From NCBI GenBank assembly GCA_963676915.2, contig CAXXVK010000070.1, forward strand, positions 1-63,941: 63,941 nucleotides of DNA, given 5' to 3'. The DNA is from Myxococcota bacterium. GTDB lineage: Bacteria > Myxococcota_A > SURF-8 > G963663525. The notes beneath the pieces are model-generated. The model was not told the origin of the DNA. It was given only the letters and a program-made list of their open reading frames with translations, and did not search any database. Position numbers and translations under genes: made by a program. This document shows, in pieces, positions 41,413 through 50,798 of this stretch (positions within the stretch are counted from its first letter, which is position 1; every line of letters begins with the position of its first letter).

Positions 41413-42360
41413 ATGTTCGAAAGCCTGGTGGCCGATACAATCGGGAAAGCGCCCGCGCTCAAGATCGTCGCAACCGTCGCGGACCTGTTGATCATCTGGT
41501 ACGTCATCTATCGCCTGGTGCTGGTGATTCGAGGGACCAAGGCGGTGCAGGCGTTGATCGGGTTGGTCCTGCTGTTGATGGCTTATCTGGCGGCTCGTGT
41601 GTTGAATTTGACGGCCTTTTACTTTTTGTTGGATAACTTTTTCAGCAATCTGCTGATTATTTTCATCGTCGTGTTTCATCAGGATATCCGCAAGCTGCTG
41701 TCCCAAATGGGGCAGAATCCGTTTTTTCGGCGAGTGGGTACGTTGGAGGAAGTGTTTTATATCGAAGAGCTGGTCAAAGCGGCCAGCACGTTGTCTTCGA
41801 AGAAGATCGGCGCGCTGATCGTCATCGAGCGCGGAGCGGATCTGACCGAATACTCCGAGGATGGCACGAGGATCGATGCCGCCGTCAGCAAAGAACTGAT
41901 TCTGGCGATCATGCACACGACCTCGCCGATTCACGATGGGGCGATTCTCGTCCAGGACCGAATGATGACTTTCGCTGGTTGCGTCCTGCCGCTCACAACC
42001 AACCCCAGGCTTTCCCGAGAATTGGGTACCCGCCATCGGGCGGCGATCGGCATCAGTGAGGAAACTGACGCTTTGGTCGTGGTGGTCAGCGAGGAAACGG
42101 GGAAAATCTCCTTCGTTTCCGATGGCAAAATCACTCGTGACCTGACGCCTTCCATGCTGAAAAAAGTACTGCAACGCGCCTTGGGGATGGTCGGACCGGC
42201 GAGCTCTCAATGGAGCCCTGGTGAAAGCGACCCCGCCAAGCGTCGCACCACCGAGCAACGGCGCTCGATCAGCTCCACGATGATGACGAAAATCGCCGAC
42301 GCTCAGAAAAAACGGGAAACCTCCACCGTCGAACAACAGCGGGTGGAGGATGCCTCATGA
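41413..42360 (+). CDS. cdaA: Membrane diadenylate cyclase (c-di-AMP synthase)
   Basis: Three N-terminal TM helices, IGALIVIER, PIHDGA, GTRHRAAIGISEETDA and VSEETG. Confidence 0.95.
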   Translation: MFESLVADTIGKAPALKIVATVADLLIIWYVIYRLVLVIRGTKAVQALIGLVLLLMAYLAARVLNLTAFYFLLDNFFSNLLIIFIVVFHQDIRKLLSQMGQNPFFRRVGTLEEVFYIEELVKAASTLSSKKIGALIVIERGADLTEYSEDGTRIDAAVSKELILAIMHTTSPIHDGAILVQDRMMTFAGCVLPLTTNPRLSRELGTRHRAAIGISEETDALVVVVSEETGKISFVSDGKITRDLTPSMLKKVLQRALGMVGPASSQWSPGESDPAKRRTTEQRRSISSTMMTKIADAQKKRETSTVEQQRVEDAS

Positions 42361-43331
42361 AATTTCACGTTCCCCGGCGAATCTATGCATTTTTGTTCGA
42401 AGCCCTGACCGAAAACATTGGCCTGAAGATATTCTCGTTCGTACTGGCCGTGATTTTCTGGTTGCTGATCATGGGCGTCGAGGACGAAATCCAGACCGTC
42501 ACCTTGCCGATCAAATACCAGCTCCCGACCGATAAAGTCCTGCTGGAGGATTTGCCCGAAACCGTTACGGTTGTATTGCAGGGGAAACTCGTCGAATTGA
42601 AAACCTGGGATCCCCAAAAGGAAATCGTTGTCGATTTCACGAACGCCAAGCTTGGAAAAACCATCGAAAACCTGACCGACAGTCAATTCAAAGTGCCGCG
42701 AAGCATTGCGATCACGCGAATCAGTCCGGTACAGATAACCGCGCATTTCGCCACGAAAATTTCGAAATCGGTACCGGTCGAAGCGCGTTGGAAGAGCGTG
42801 CCTGAAAAAGGGTACAAACTCGCCGAGATCAAGATCGAGCCGGAAAAAGTGCTTGTGGAAGGTGAAGAAAGTGAGATCCGATTCCTACCGTCCATTAGTA
42901 CGATGCCGATTGATTTGACGGGGAAAATGACAAGTTTTTCCGTCGATATCGGGTTGGAACGGGTAGGAAAAAACGTTTTTTTCCCTGGTCGTGAAACCGT
43001 GAAGGCGTACGTCAAATTGGAACGTATTCTTGTGGAACAGACGTTTACCGGCCTTCCGATTCGCTGGCGGGGAGAACTGACCGATCCGAGTTGGAAACTG
43101 GACCCGACTACCGTTTCGTTGACGTTCAAAGGACCGGAAGAAATTCTGAAGAAATTGACCCTCAAAGATCTGGTGTTGTTCGTCGATGTACAATTGGTCA
43201 CCGAAAACTCGAAAGAGGGCGATATCGTTCAGCCGCAACTATGGCCGTTGCCGGATTGGGCGAAGGGACTGGTCGAGGTCCAAACACCGCTGCCGCAGGT
43301 AAAGCTCGATCGCTTGAAAACAACGCCATGA
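42357..43331 (+). CDS. cdaR: YbbR-domain CdaA regulator
   Basis: NIGLKIFSFVLAVIFW anchor and three P..V.v...G YbbR-like repeats; overlaps the cdaA stop. Confidence 0.85.
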   Translation: MKFHVPRRIYAFLFEALTENIGLKIFSFVLAVIFWLLIMGVEDEIQTVTLPIKYQLPTDKVLLEDLPETVTVVLQGKLVELKTWDPQKEIVVDFTNAKLGKTIENLTDSQFKVPRSIAITRISPVQITAHFATKISKSVPVEARWKSVPEKGYKLAEIKIEPEKVLVEGEESEIRFLPSISTMPIDLTGKMTSFSVDIGLERVGKNVFFPGRETVKAYVKLERILVEQTFTGLPIRWRGELTDPSWKLDPTTVSLTFKGPEEILKKLTLKDLVLFVDVQLVTENSKEGDIVQPQLWPLPDWAKGLVEVQTPLPQVKLDRLKTTP

Positions 43332-43376
43332 TCGAAAAACTGTCCTGGAGGCCGACCGGCAAGGTAATGGAGAGCG

Positions 43377-44996
43377 ATGTGTAAATTCGGAGCGAAGAAC
43401 CTGTTGGGAGGCTGGACGGTTGCACTGCTTGGGTTGTGGCTTGTTTGTGGCTGGATCGGCCCGGTTTTCGCAGATGAGCCAAGCTTCGAGCGTCCATCTG
43501 AAAACGGATCGTCTTGTACCGAACTCCCGGACGGAGCCTCTTGGCGGGTGACACCCGAATGGCTCTGGTTTCTTGCCTTAGAAGAAGCGGAACGCCCCTC
43601 GGTCGAGGAGGCCGAAGCGTTCGATCGAAGCCAGAAAGTGTTTTTAGATCGGCTGTTTACGGCGTTGGACGCTCGTTTTACGACCTGGAACAAAAAGAAT
43701 CCTCGCCTGGTCGGTGGCTTACAGAACCTGTTGGCGGATGTGGCGGCGATGGCTCGTTTGTACGATCCCACTCGGGAGTACAAGTTTTCCTTCCATAAAT
43801 CGATTCAGTTGCGATTGCAGACCTTTTTGAAGTCTCGCCGTTTCGAGCGTACGGCCAAACGATTGACACCCGCTCCGGTACCGCCGGAGCCATCCTCCGA
43901 TGCGCGAAAAGCAAGAGAATACGCACGGATGTATTCGATCAATCTCGCTCGTGAGGAAGGCTGGGTGCAGGCGGCGATTCTGCTGCACCTCGTTCGTAGC
44001 GAACCGGAGCTTCGGGAGGCTCTAGAAACGTATCACGACCACGCACGGGCACTTCACGATGCCTCGCCTCATTGGGATCGTCTGATCGAAGCTGGAAAAA
44101 GCCTGTCGTTCGCTTTGCCGCAGGATATCGAAAACGAAGAAAATCTAGAGGCGTTGCAACGTGCTTACGAAGCGAACGAAGGCGACCGAGTGCCGGGAAC
44201 GCTTGGTGCTGGTGGTGGACCGGCGTGGAAGCCTTTTGCGGTTCTTACATTCGAAGGTGCCGATTTTACTCGGGATATTCCCGAGAGTTGGCAGGGGCGT
44301 CCCGGTCCTTGGAGCGGAGCGTTGTCGCTGTTGGCCGAAGCGGGGTATCGGCGTCTCGAATCCCGGCGTGAAATGGATCGCATCGGAAAAGCGCCTTTAG
44401 GCCACCCGGAAATCTGGGAGCCATGCTTGGGACTTGCAAAACTGGAAGAAGATTTCTCGCCTCAATCCGTGGCGGCCTGTTTCGTTCATCGAGTCTCGGT
44501 CGCTTCTCGAAACGGTGGGGATTCCGTGGGTGAGCAGCCGATGAAATTCGCGGCACGAGCGAAAACCTATGCTGCTTTGGCGGATTTGGCGCAAAAAGCT
44601 TCCGTGCTGGTTCCAAATCCCAAGCGCGATATCTGGTGGCGCTGGGCTGGACGATTTACCCAACTGGCCCGGCTTTCTCAGGAATCCGGCGGAGAGGATT
44701 TTGTGCCCCCTCCTTCTTTGGGATGGGAACCCGAGCGAAAACCGGATTTAGGCTTGCCGATGCTTTGGCGGATTTCCGGTGGTGGGAGTGGAGAAACGTC
44801 CTCGGCGCGTCTGGGGATGGCTTTCTGGCGTTGCCGAGTACGGTCTTTCGAGCCGGAGGCCGAAGAGATGGAAACTTCCCGCGCCGTGGAACTTTTCGTG
44901 GAATACGGCGAGAGTGGCGGTGGTTATCCACTAAAGGGGGGCAAAGCGATTTTTGAGACGTCCCGTTACCTTCCTTTACCTTACCTTAAGGATTAG
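43377..44996 (+). CDS. Hypothetical exported protein
   Basis: 539 aa ORF with a signal-like N-terminus (..GPVFA); no motif recognised. Confidence 0.55.
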   Translation: MCKFGAKNLLGGWTVALLGLWLVCGWIGPVFADEPSFERPSENGSSCTELPDGASWRVTPEWLWFLALEEAERPSVEEAEAFDRSQKVFLDRLFTALDARFTTWNKKNPRLVGGLQNLLADVAAMARLYDPTREYKFSFHKSIQLRLQTFLKSRRFERTAKRLTPAPVPPEPSSDARKAREYARMYSINLAREEGWVQAAILLHLVRSEPELREALETYHDHARALHDASPHWDRLIEAGKSLSFALPQDIENEENLEALQRAYEANEGDRVPGTLGAGGGPAWKPFAVLTFEGADFTRDIPESWQGRPGPWSGALSLLAEAGYRRLESRREMDRIGKAPLGHPEIWEPCLGLAKLEEDFSPQSVAACFVHRVSVASRNGGDSVGEQPMKFAARAKTYAALADLAQKASVLVPNPKRDIWWRWAGRFTQLARLSQESGGEDFVPPPSLGWEPERKPDLGLPMLWRISGGGSGETSSARLGMAFWRCRVRSFEPEAEEMETSRAVELFVEYGESGGGYPLKGGKAIFETSRYLPLPYLKD

Positions 44997-45214
44997 CGGG
45001 TACGATGAATTCTGTGATGGAAATTTGTTGGTGTAAAAGCCGTAACCTCTCTGATATACCCGGGAAAGGTTGACTTTTTCTAAAAGTGGTATCATTATTA
45101 TATAACCATGAAGCATACGAGATACAACCGAGCCGACATCCTTTCTAAAAAGCTGAAAACGATGAAGGCGTGCGAGAGACGCTCTCGCTTTTTTATGCCA
45201 GGAGGTGATTTTCA

Positions 45215-45424
45215 ATGAGAATCAATCGGGAATTCGATCAAACCACTACGGACAGCATCGCCAGTTTGAAGCGTGAACACGAGGAATTGGATCGCAAACT
45301 GGAAGCGTTGAATGTCCGAGCTTATCTGACCCCGCAAGAGCAGGTCGAGCGCAAGCGCATCCAGAAACTGAAACTGTTGAAAAAAGACAAGATCGAAATG
45401 TTGCAGCGGCGCGGAAGCCACTGA
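45215..45424 (+). CDS. DUF465/YdcH-family small protein
   Basis: GGAGGTGA Shine-Dalgarno; LKREHEELDRKL...LTPQEQVERKRIQKLKLLKKDKI. Confidence 0.85.
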   Translation: MRINREFDQTTTDSIASLKREHEELDRKLEALNVRAYLTPQEQVERKRIQKLKLLKKDKIEMLQRRGSH

Positions 45425-45432
45425 GCTTTTTC

Positions 45433-45457
45433 ACCCCGCCTTTCGGCGGGGTTTTTT
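45433..45457 (+). terminator. Rho-independent terminator
   Basis: CCCCGCC-TTTC-GGCGGGG followed by TTTTTT. Confidence 0.88.
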
Positions 45458-45613
45458 AATGGCTATCTCTCCCCTCTTTTTTTCTACCCTTTCGAACCTG
45501 TTTCACGAAATATTACCGTTATTATAGCCGTTATTATTTGGTTTTGGTGTTCAAAGGGTGTGCCATAGGCCAACCGCAGGTTGCCCATGAATATTGTTTG
45601 TACACGGGCAAGC

Positions 45614-45654
45614 AGACGTTTCACGTCGCTTGGCCCGTGCCCCCCATCGTTTCC
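45614..45654 (+). repeat. 41-bp repeat, family C, copy 1
   Basis: 36/41 identical by eye to 46632-46672; overlaps the hairpin CACGGGCAAGC...GCTTGGCCCGTG. Confidence 0.65.
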
Positions 45655-45829
45655 AGGAATCACTATTGTGAAAACCAAATAACAACCGCTATAAATCACC
45701 GAAAAAGAGTGAGTTTTTGTGGTTTAGTATGAAAGTGATCGAAAAATAATATTTAAGGAGTCTGGCTCCTGCGCTTTGCTGGGTAAAATATTATGCACAA
45801 ACAGTGATGTGTAGGGATTTAAGAATTGA

Positions 45830-46579
45830 ATGAAAGAGGGAGCCATGCCGAGACTGGTGCATTTGTCGGATATTCATGTGGGACTGAAATATCTGGACGG
45901 CGATTACGCCAACGACGCCAAGCTGTTCGAGTATATCAAAGCAAACCACGCCGGAGATACGATCCTGATTACGGGTGATCTTGTCGATAACGGCTGGAAA
46001 AGGGAATACGACCGGTTGGATAAGCTGCTGAAAGACGTGAAAAATCTCGTCGCCGTGCCGGGAAATCACGACTATGGAACCTTGGGGCTGAACTACTCCC
46101 TCAAGGCGCGTCATCGCTTCGCCGAACGCTTCGGAGTCCCTGACAAGACTTATCCGCTCGTCAAACGAATCATGAAAAAGCAGGTCGAACTGATTCTCCT
46201 GGATTCCGACGCCCGCAATTCCGAATTGCTGGCCCGAGGACGGATCAACAAGCCTCAACTCGCCCGCCTCGACGAGCATTTGACCAAACCGACGGCGGCC
46301 AAACGGGTGCTGCTGCTGCATCATCATCCCTGGGATCGTAATCTTGGAGAAGAACTGATCGACGGCGAGGCATTCTGCGACGTCGTCAAAGGTCGGGTGG
46401 ATCTGATGCTTTTCGGACATCACCACAAAGCCAAGCAATGGGGAACGCGGTGGAATAACGAAAAGCTGAAGATTCCCGTCATTGCCGCTGCCGCAAAAAC
46501 GCCGGATGCAAAATATTTCCACACCTACGAATGGGATAAAAACGGTACGTTGCACGTCGAAAAAGTGAAATATCGATAG
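45830..46579 (+). CDS. Calcineurin-like metallophosphoesterase (Icc/CpdA-like)
   Basis: HLSDIH, ITGDLVD, VPGNHD, LHHHP and LFGHHH. Confidence 0.88.
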   Translation: MKEGAMPRLVHLSDIHVGLKYLDGDYANDAKLFEYIKANHAGDTILITGDLVDNGWKREYDRLDKLLKDVKNLVAVPGNHDYGTLGLNYSLKARHRFAERFGVPDKTYPLVKRIMKKQVELILLDSDARNSELLARGRINKPQLARLDEHLTKPTAAKRVLLLHHHPWDRNLGEELIDGEAFCDVVKGRVDLMLFGHHHKAKQWGTRWNNEKLKIPVIAAAAKTPDAKYFHTYEWDKNGTLHVEKVKYR

Positions 46580-46631
46580 GGATGATTGCCGATACGAGAT
46601 TCCTATCCTTTTCGTAAGGGAGATCGTTCGT

Positions 46632-46672
46632 AGACGATTCACATTGCTTGGCCCGTGCCACCCCTCGTTTCC
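46632..46672 (+). repeat. 41-bp repeat, family C, copy 2
   Basis: AGACGATTCACATTGCTTGGCCCGTGCCACCCCTCGTTTCC, a direct repeat of 45614-45654. Confidence 0.65.
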
Positions 46673-46809
46673 CCATGACATTAAACGTTTCGGATCAGGC
46701 TGAAAACCTGAACCGTCGGAGTTTTCGCGTAGGTTGCTTCGATCAGGATGGTGCGAGAAACAGCGTGAAACGACCCGTTGACTCTGGCGGTCGTCATGAA
46801 TGTTCCCGG

Positions 46810-47409
46810 TTAACGTGCCATGCGATATTCGATGTTCACCAGCCTCCAGGAATTGTTGAAGCGCCGGACGATGATCTTGTGCGGAACCGGCTTTTCTTTG
46901 GAAAGAAGTTCCACGGCATAGGTCTGGTCTGGGCGTGCCTCGATCGTCGCTACTTTCATCGGCCATTCCAGGCGTTTGAACATTCTCATCGCTCGGCGGT
47001 GCAATTTTTCCTTGAGGCTTTTTTGCCCTTCCGGTGTTTTGATCAACTGCTGGTAGCCTTCTTTTTCTCTGGAGGGCAGACGCTTGGCGTGCAACTCCAG
47101 CCACTGGCGGGTATCGGCGAAGCTGTCGAGGTTTTTCCAACCGAGTTTCTGCACAGCCCGAATGTTACCGACCACAAAACGTTCGATGGTCTTGTGCAAC
47201 TCCAAAGATACCTGCGATTCCGACTCTTTGCCTTCGATGGTTGTTTTTTCGATCGGGGAGGACGGTGATTCGCCTGCCGGTTTTTCAGGACTTTCAACTA
47301 CCGGAGCCGAGCAAGCCGCTATCCACAGCACGAATGATAAACAAATACCTAGTGCTGCGGCAGATCGCCAAGCCGGTAAAATACGAAATATTGTTATTTT
47401 TCGAACCAT
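46810..47409 (-). CDS. Hypothetical lipoprotein
   Basis: Lipobox-like IAAC; overlaps the end of nadD; C-terminal RRFNNSWRLVNI. Confidence 0.55.
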   Translation of the reverse strand: MVRKITIFRILPAWRSAAALGICLSFVLWIAACSAPVVESPEKPAGESPSSPIEKTTIEGKESESQVSLELHKTIERFVVGNIRAVQKLGWKNLDSFADTRQWLELHAKRLPSREKEGYQQLIKTPEGQKSLKEKLHRRAMRMFKRLEWPMKVATIEARPDQTYAVELLSKEKPVPHKIIVRRFNNSWRLVNIEYRMAR

Positions 47410-47969
47410 TCCATTCCTTCTCGTTCAAGTTTGTGCCATTCGTCAAGTACCGTGCGCGGAACCAGGAGCGAAACATCTTTTCCCTGGCGCATCCTGCACC
47501 GGATCTCGGTACTGGAAACATCGGGGAACACGAGCTTGTCTTCTTCTGCCACGGCGTGGCCCAATCGCCCGAACCAGTGGATCGGCGTGGTGGCTTCGAT
47601 AGCGTCCCAACGGTACCAGGACTTCGTTTCTTCCCGAATATCGCTACCCAATGCCAGTGAAAAACGATGCTCGGGATATTCCCGCCGAAGATGTTCCAAA
47701 GTGTGAAGCGTTCGCGATACCCCGCCGAGATCGTGTTCCACCCGGCTGATTTTCGCCCGTGGTTCCAGCGGTTCGATGAGTCGTTGGCATAGTCGAACCC
47801 GCGCCTCGAACGGCAACAACGCTTTGTCGAAAGCATGGTGCGAACAAGGCAACAACCACACTTCGTCCACCTCGCAGGTTTCCAAGAGCGCCAGCACGAT
47901 CATCTGATGCACCACATGAGGAGGATTGAACGATCCGCCGTACAGCGCAATGGAACGAGGGGAGGTCAT
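47394..47969 (-). CDS. nadD: Nicotinate-nucleotide adenylyltransferase
   Basis: IALYGGSFNPPHVVH, SRTLHTL, LGSD, WYRW and VSSTEIR. Confidence 0.88.
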   Translation of the reverse strand: MTSPRSIALYGGSFNPPHVVHQMIVLALLETCEVDEVWLLPCSHHAFDKALLPFEARVRLCQRLIEPLEPRAKISRVEHDLGGVSRTLHTLEHLRREYPEHRFSLALGSDIREETKSWYRWDAIEATTPIHWFGRLGHAVAEEDKLVFPDVSSTEIRCRMRQGKDVSLLVPRTVLDEWHKLEREGMEWFEK

Positions 47970-47973
47970 CGGC

Positions 47974-49227
47974 TCATTCTTCCTCGGGAATCGTCTCTTC
48001 GTTCATCTCATCGGGAGGAAGATCTTCGCTCGGTAGATCCTCCGGCGAAGTATCCTCAATATTTGCTGGAAGATCGCCGCTGGGAAGATCCTCTTCCGGT
48101 GGAGCGTTGTCCGGTGCCAGGTTATCTTCAACCGGCGCGAAGCGTTCCGGGGGTTCCATGGCACGCATGTCGTCGGACATTTGCTCGGGAGTGGGTGCCA
48201 CGCCCTCGGTTTTGGGTAAAGGTGTCTCCTCGAAGGGACCATCCTCGCCATCGCCCGGTCCCGGTCCCGGTCCGGCAGGAACATATTGCTCGCTGGCGTC
48301 TCGACCTGCCCGATAATCTTCCAGCAGGTGTTTTTCGCAAATCTTTTGTCCGGGATGCACGATCGGTTCGAGCCGCCAGAAATGATTCTTTTCAGCCATT
48401 TTGGCATCCAGGGGCTTTCCGGTATCGCGAAGCGATTTCAGATGTTGAAACACCATGTAACGCTGAAGGTATGTTACCCGGTCGGTGGGGTCGTACTTGT
48501 TCGGACCGCCGTCGAAACCGAAATCCGTGCAGATATCCACGTATTCCTCGGGAAGTTTGTCACAGGTGAAGTTGTACGGGTCCACATCATTCTTCAATAC
48601 GTATCGGGTCAACTGATACAGGGGAAAAAGCAGCCGTTGGGGAAGTGCAGGCGTTTCGGGAAACTCCAATTCCCGGATTAGGCGGCGCGCCTCGTCAGAC
48701 GGAACGTCGTCCAGCAACAAATGCAGCATGAATCCTGTCAGCGAAAACGATAAACATTGGTCATACAATTCTTTGGCGGTCGGAATGGGGGACCGCAAAA
48801 TCATTTGACACCAGCGAAGATCTTTCGTGTCGTAGGCTTTGCAAATACAATGTTGAATGAACAGTTCATCGATCATCGGAAACGGACTGCTGAAAAACGC
48901 CAGCATGTCTTTGTCATTGAAAGCCAGGCCGTCTTTGATGAGATTTCGAAGCACCATTTCCCGCTTGCCGAAATCCACTCCATCGAATTGGTACACACGT
49001 TTCCCGCTGGCCAACCGGGATCGGTCGATTTCATCCTGGGTTTGGGGCATATAGTCCACAACGACCTTTCGATCCACCACCAGTCGTCCGGTTTCCTGTT
49101 CCGTTTTTTGGGGAGGCGGCGGCAGAGGCGATTGGGTCGCCCTGAAATAGATTTCCATGCCGACGACCACAAGGGCCAGGCCGACAACGGTTCCGATCAC
49201 TTTTTTCAGCACGGGTTTGCCTCCCAA
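47974..49227 (-). CDS. Hypothetical membrane-anchored protein with Cys-containing periplasmic domain and acidic tail
   Basis: N-terminal TM helix, several Cys residues, C-terminal EDLP repeats. Confidence 0.6.
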   Translation of the reverse strand: MGGKPVLKKVIGTVVGLALVVVGMEIYFRATQSPLPPPPQKTEQETGRLVVDRKVVVDYMPQTQDEIDRSRLASGKRVYQFDGVDFGKREMVLRNLIKDGLAFNDKDMLAFFSSPFPMIDELFIQHCICKAYDTKDLRWCQMILRSPIPTAKELYDQCLSFSLTGFMLHLLLDDVPSDEARRLIRELEFPETPALPQRLLFPLYQLTRYVLKNDVDPYNFTCDKLPEEYVDICTDFGFDGGPNKYDPTDRVTYLQRYMVFQHLKSLRDTGKPLDAKMAEKNHFWRLEPIVHPGQKICEKHLLEDYRAGRDASEQYVPAGPGPGPGDGEDGPFEETPLPKTEGVAPTPEQMSDDMRAMEPPERFAPVEDNLAPDNAPPEEDLPSGDLPANIEDTSPEDLPSEDLPPDEMNEETIPEEE

Positions 49228-49351
49228 TGACGTATTTCGTAGACCACAATCGCTTCGGCCAAAATTTCCGGGATCGATTCCGCACCATCCCTCAACCTCT
49301 GCCGATTGTTCGCATTGTACCGAAAACAGCCGAGAATTCCAAGTCTCCAGG

Positions 49352-50455
49352 TTATCCGGCTAGTTCGCGGTACAATTCCAGGTATTGTCGGGCCATTCGT
49401 TCCGGATGGAAGCGGTCCAGCGTAGTTTCCCGAGCGGTATCCCCCAGTTTTTTACACGCTTCGTCGTCCAGCGAACGGACGGCCTTCCAGGCGGCGGCGG
49501 CGTCTCCCGCAGGGGTGACGATGCCGTTGGTTTCGTGCTCGACAGCTTCCGTCAGGGAAGGTAAATCCCCCACGATAACCGGTTTTCCGGCGGCCATCGC
49601 TTCGAGCAGCGCCAGCGGGATGTCCATTTTCGCAAACAGGGTTTCGACCGGAAACACGACGCCGTCGGCGGCATGAAGAAGGGCGGGTAGATCCTCGACT
49701 TCTCCTATGAAATCGATACGTTGCTTGATGTCAAGAGTCTCGGCAAGCTCTTGAAGTTTTCGCACGTTTTCAGGGGTTTCATGGGTCTTTTGCCGATAGG
49801 CCAGGGCTAGTTTCAAGCCGGATTCTTCAGCAGGAAAGGTTTCGATCAGGCGATGGGCCGCTTGGGAGTGTTCCACGTCTCCAGGGTACAGCCAGATCCG
49901 TTCGTCGTCTCGCCAACCCAGGCGTCGGCGCAATGTTCCGGCGTCTTCGTGCTCGGCGGGATCGAAAGGCGGGACGGCGGGACGCACCAACCGGATGTCC
50001 CGACCCGTTTCTTCGGCAAGTTTCCGCTGGGTGGCACGGCTGACGGCCACGTCGAGATCGGCGAACAAGCAAGACGCCGTAGGTGCCGCGCAGTGGGTAT
50101 GCAACACCGGGTCATGGCCCCGCATTCCGACCGCCAATCGCACCAGACGCACGGTGGCGGGATTGGCCTGGAAAAAGAAATGCACGAGGTGGTTGGAATC
50201 GGGCTTGAAGATTCGCAAAAACAGCCGTGCCTTGTTCCAGGTTCCGAACCCGGCGTCGGGATAGATCGCTTCGGCCTTACCCAGGTTCGGATCGAACGAC
50301 GCTCCCGCCGTCAGGAGGTTGGGACGAAAGCCCCGAGCCTGCACCGCCAACGTCCAGGCCAGACGCTGGGAGGCATTGCGCCATGGAGGCTCCAAAGGAG
50401 CCGTGGCGAATAGAATTTTTACAAGATCCGTATCGGTTTTCATGGTTGGTACCAC
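49352..50455 (-). CDS. Glycosyltransferase family 4 (GT-B)
   Basis: FIGEVEDLPALLHAAD, PLALLEAMAAGKPVI, EAVEHETNGIVTPAGD and RMARQYLELY. Confidence 0.88.
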   Translation of the reverse strand: MVPTMKTDTDLVKILFATAPLEPPWRNASQRLAWTLAVQARGFRPNLLTAGASFDPNLGKAEAIYPDAGFGTWNKARLFLRIFKPDSNHLVHFFFQANPATVRLVRLAVGMRGHDPVLHTHCAAPTASCLFADLDVAVSRATQRKLAEETGRDIRLVRPAVPPFDPAEHEDAGTLRRRLGWRDDERIWLYPGDVEHSQAAHRLIETFPAEESGLKLALAYRQKTHETPENVRKLQELAETLDIKQRIDFIGEVEDLPALLHAADGVVFPVETLFAKMDIPLALLEAMAAGKPVIVGDLPSLTEAVEHETNGIVTPAGDAAAAWKAVRSLDDEACKKLGDTARETTLDRFHPERMARQYLELYRELAG

Positions 50456-50471
50456 TTCACAATGTTATTCG

Positions 50472-50549
50472 AAAGAGCAGGATTGTATCCTGCTCTTTGC
50501 GTTTTGCCTTGAAAAAAACGTACGGATGCAGATGCAATCCCCGTCCTTC
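50472..50549. repeat. REP-like doublet, family B, copy 2 (inverted, partly degenerate)
   Basis: AAAGAGCAGGAT-TGT-ATCCTGCTCTTT ... GCAATCCCCGTCCTTC; the reverse complement aligns with 31015-31093, including the spacer GCAAAACG. Confidence 0.7.
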
Positions 50550-50563
50550 AAAATGGTTTCCTG

Positions 50564-50659
50564 GTGGGTGCCACGGTCTTTACCCTGAGGGCAATGGTCG
50601 TGAGATTCCAATAGGTTGCACGACTATCGATTCTTCGAATCAAAGACCGTGGCACCCAC
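50564..50659. repeat. 96-bp element with perfect 18-bp terminal inverted repeats
   Basis: GTGGGTGCCACGGTCTTT (50564-50581) and AAAGACCGTGGCACCCAC (50642-50659). The CCGTG-C-ACCC end resembles family C. Confidence 0.7.
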
Positions 50660-50672
50660 TAATAAGCTTTAA

Positions 50673-50743
50673 GTAGGTCGGGTGATTTTCACCCGACAAT
50701 TTTCGAAAAAGCCCCTTTGTGTCAGGTGAAATCACCCGACCAC
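50673..50743. repeat. Inverted pair of GTAG-type REP palindromes (family A variant)
   Basis: GTAG-GTCGGGTGA-TTT-TCACCCGACA and the inverted TGTCAGGTGAAATCACCCGACCAC. Confidence 0.72.
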
Positions 50744-50798
50744 CTAGGATTTTTCCTACCAAAAAATTCACATCCGGATGCAATCCCCATCCATCAAG

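Noticed and set aside
50460-50790. Possible CRISPR array
   Set aside because: There are no regularly spaced identical direct repeats with unique spacers and no cas genes; the repeats are inverted and heterogeneous.
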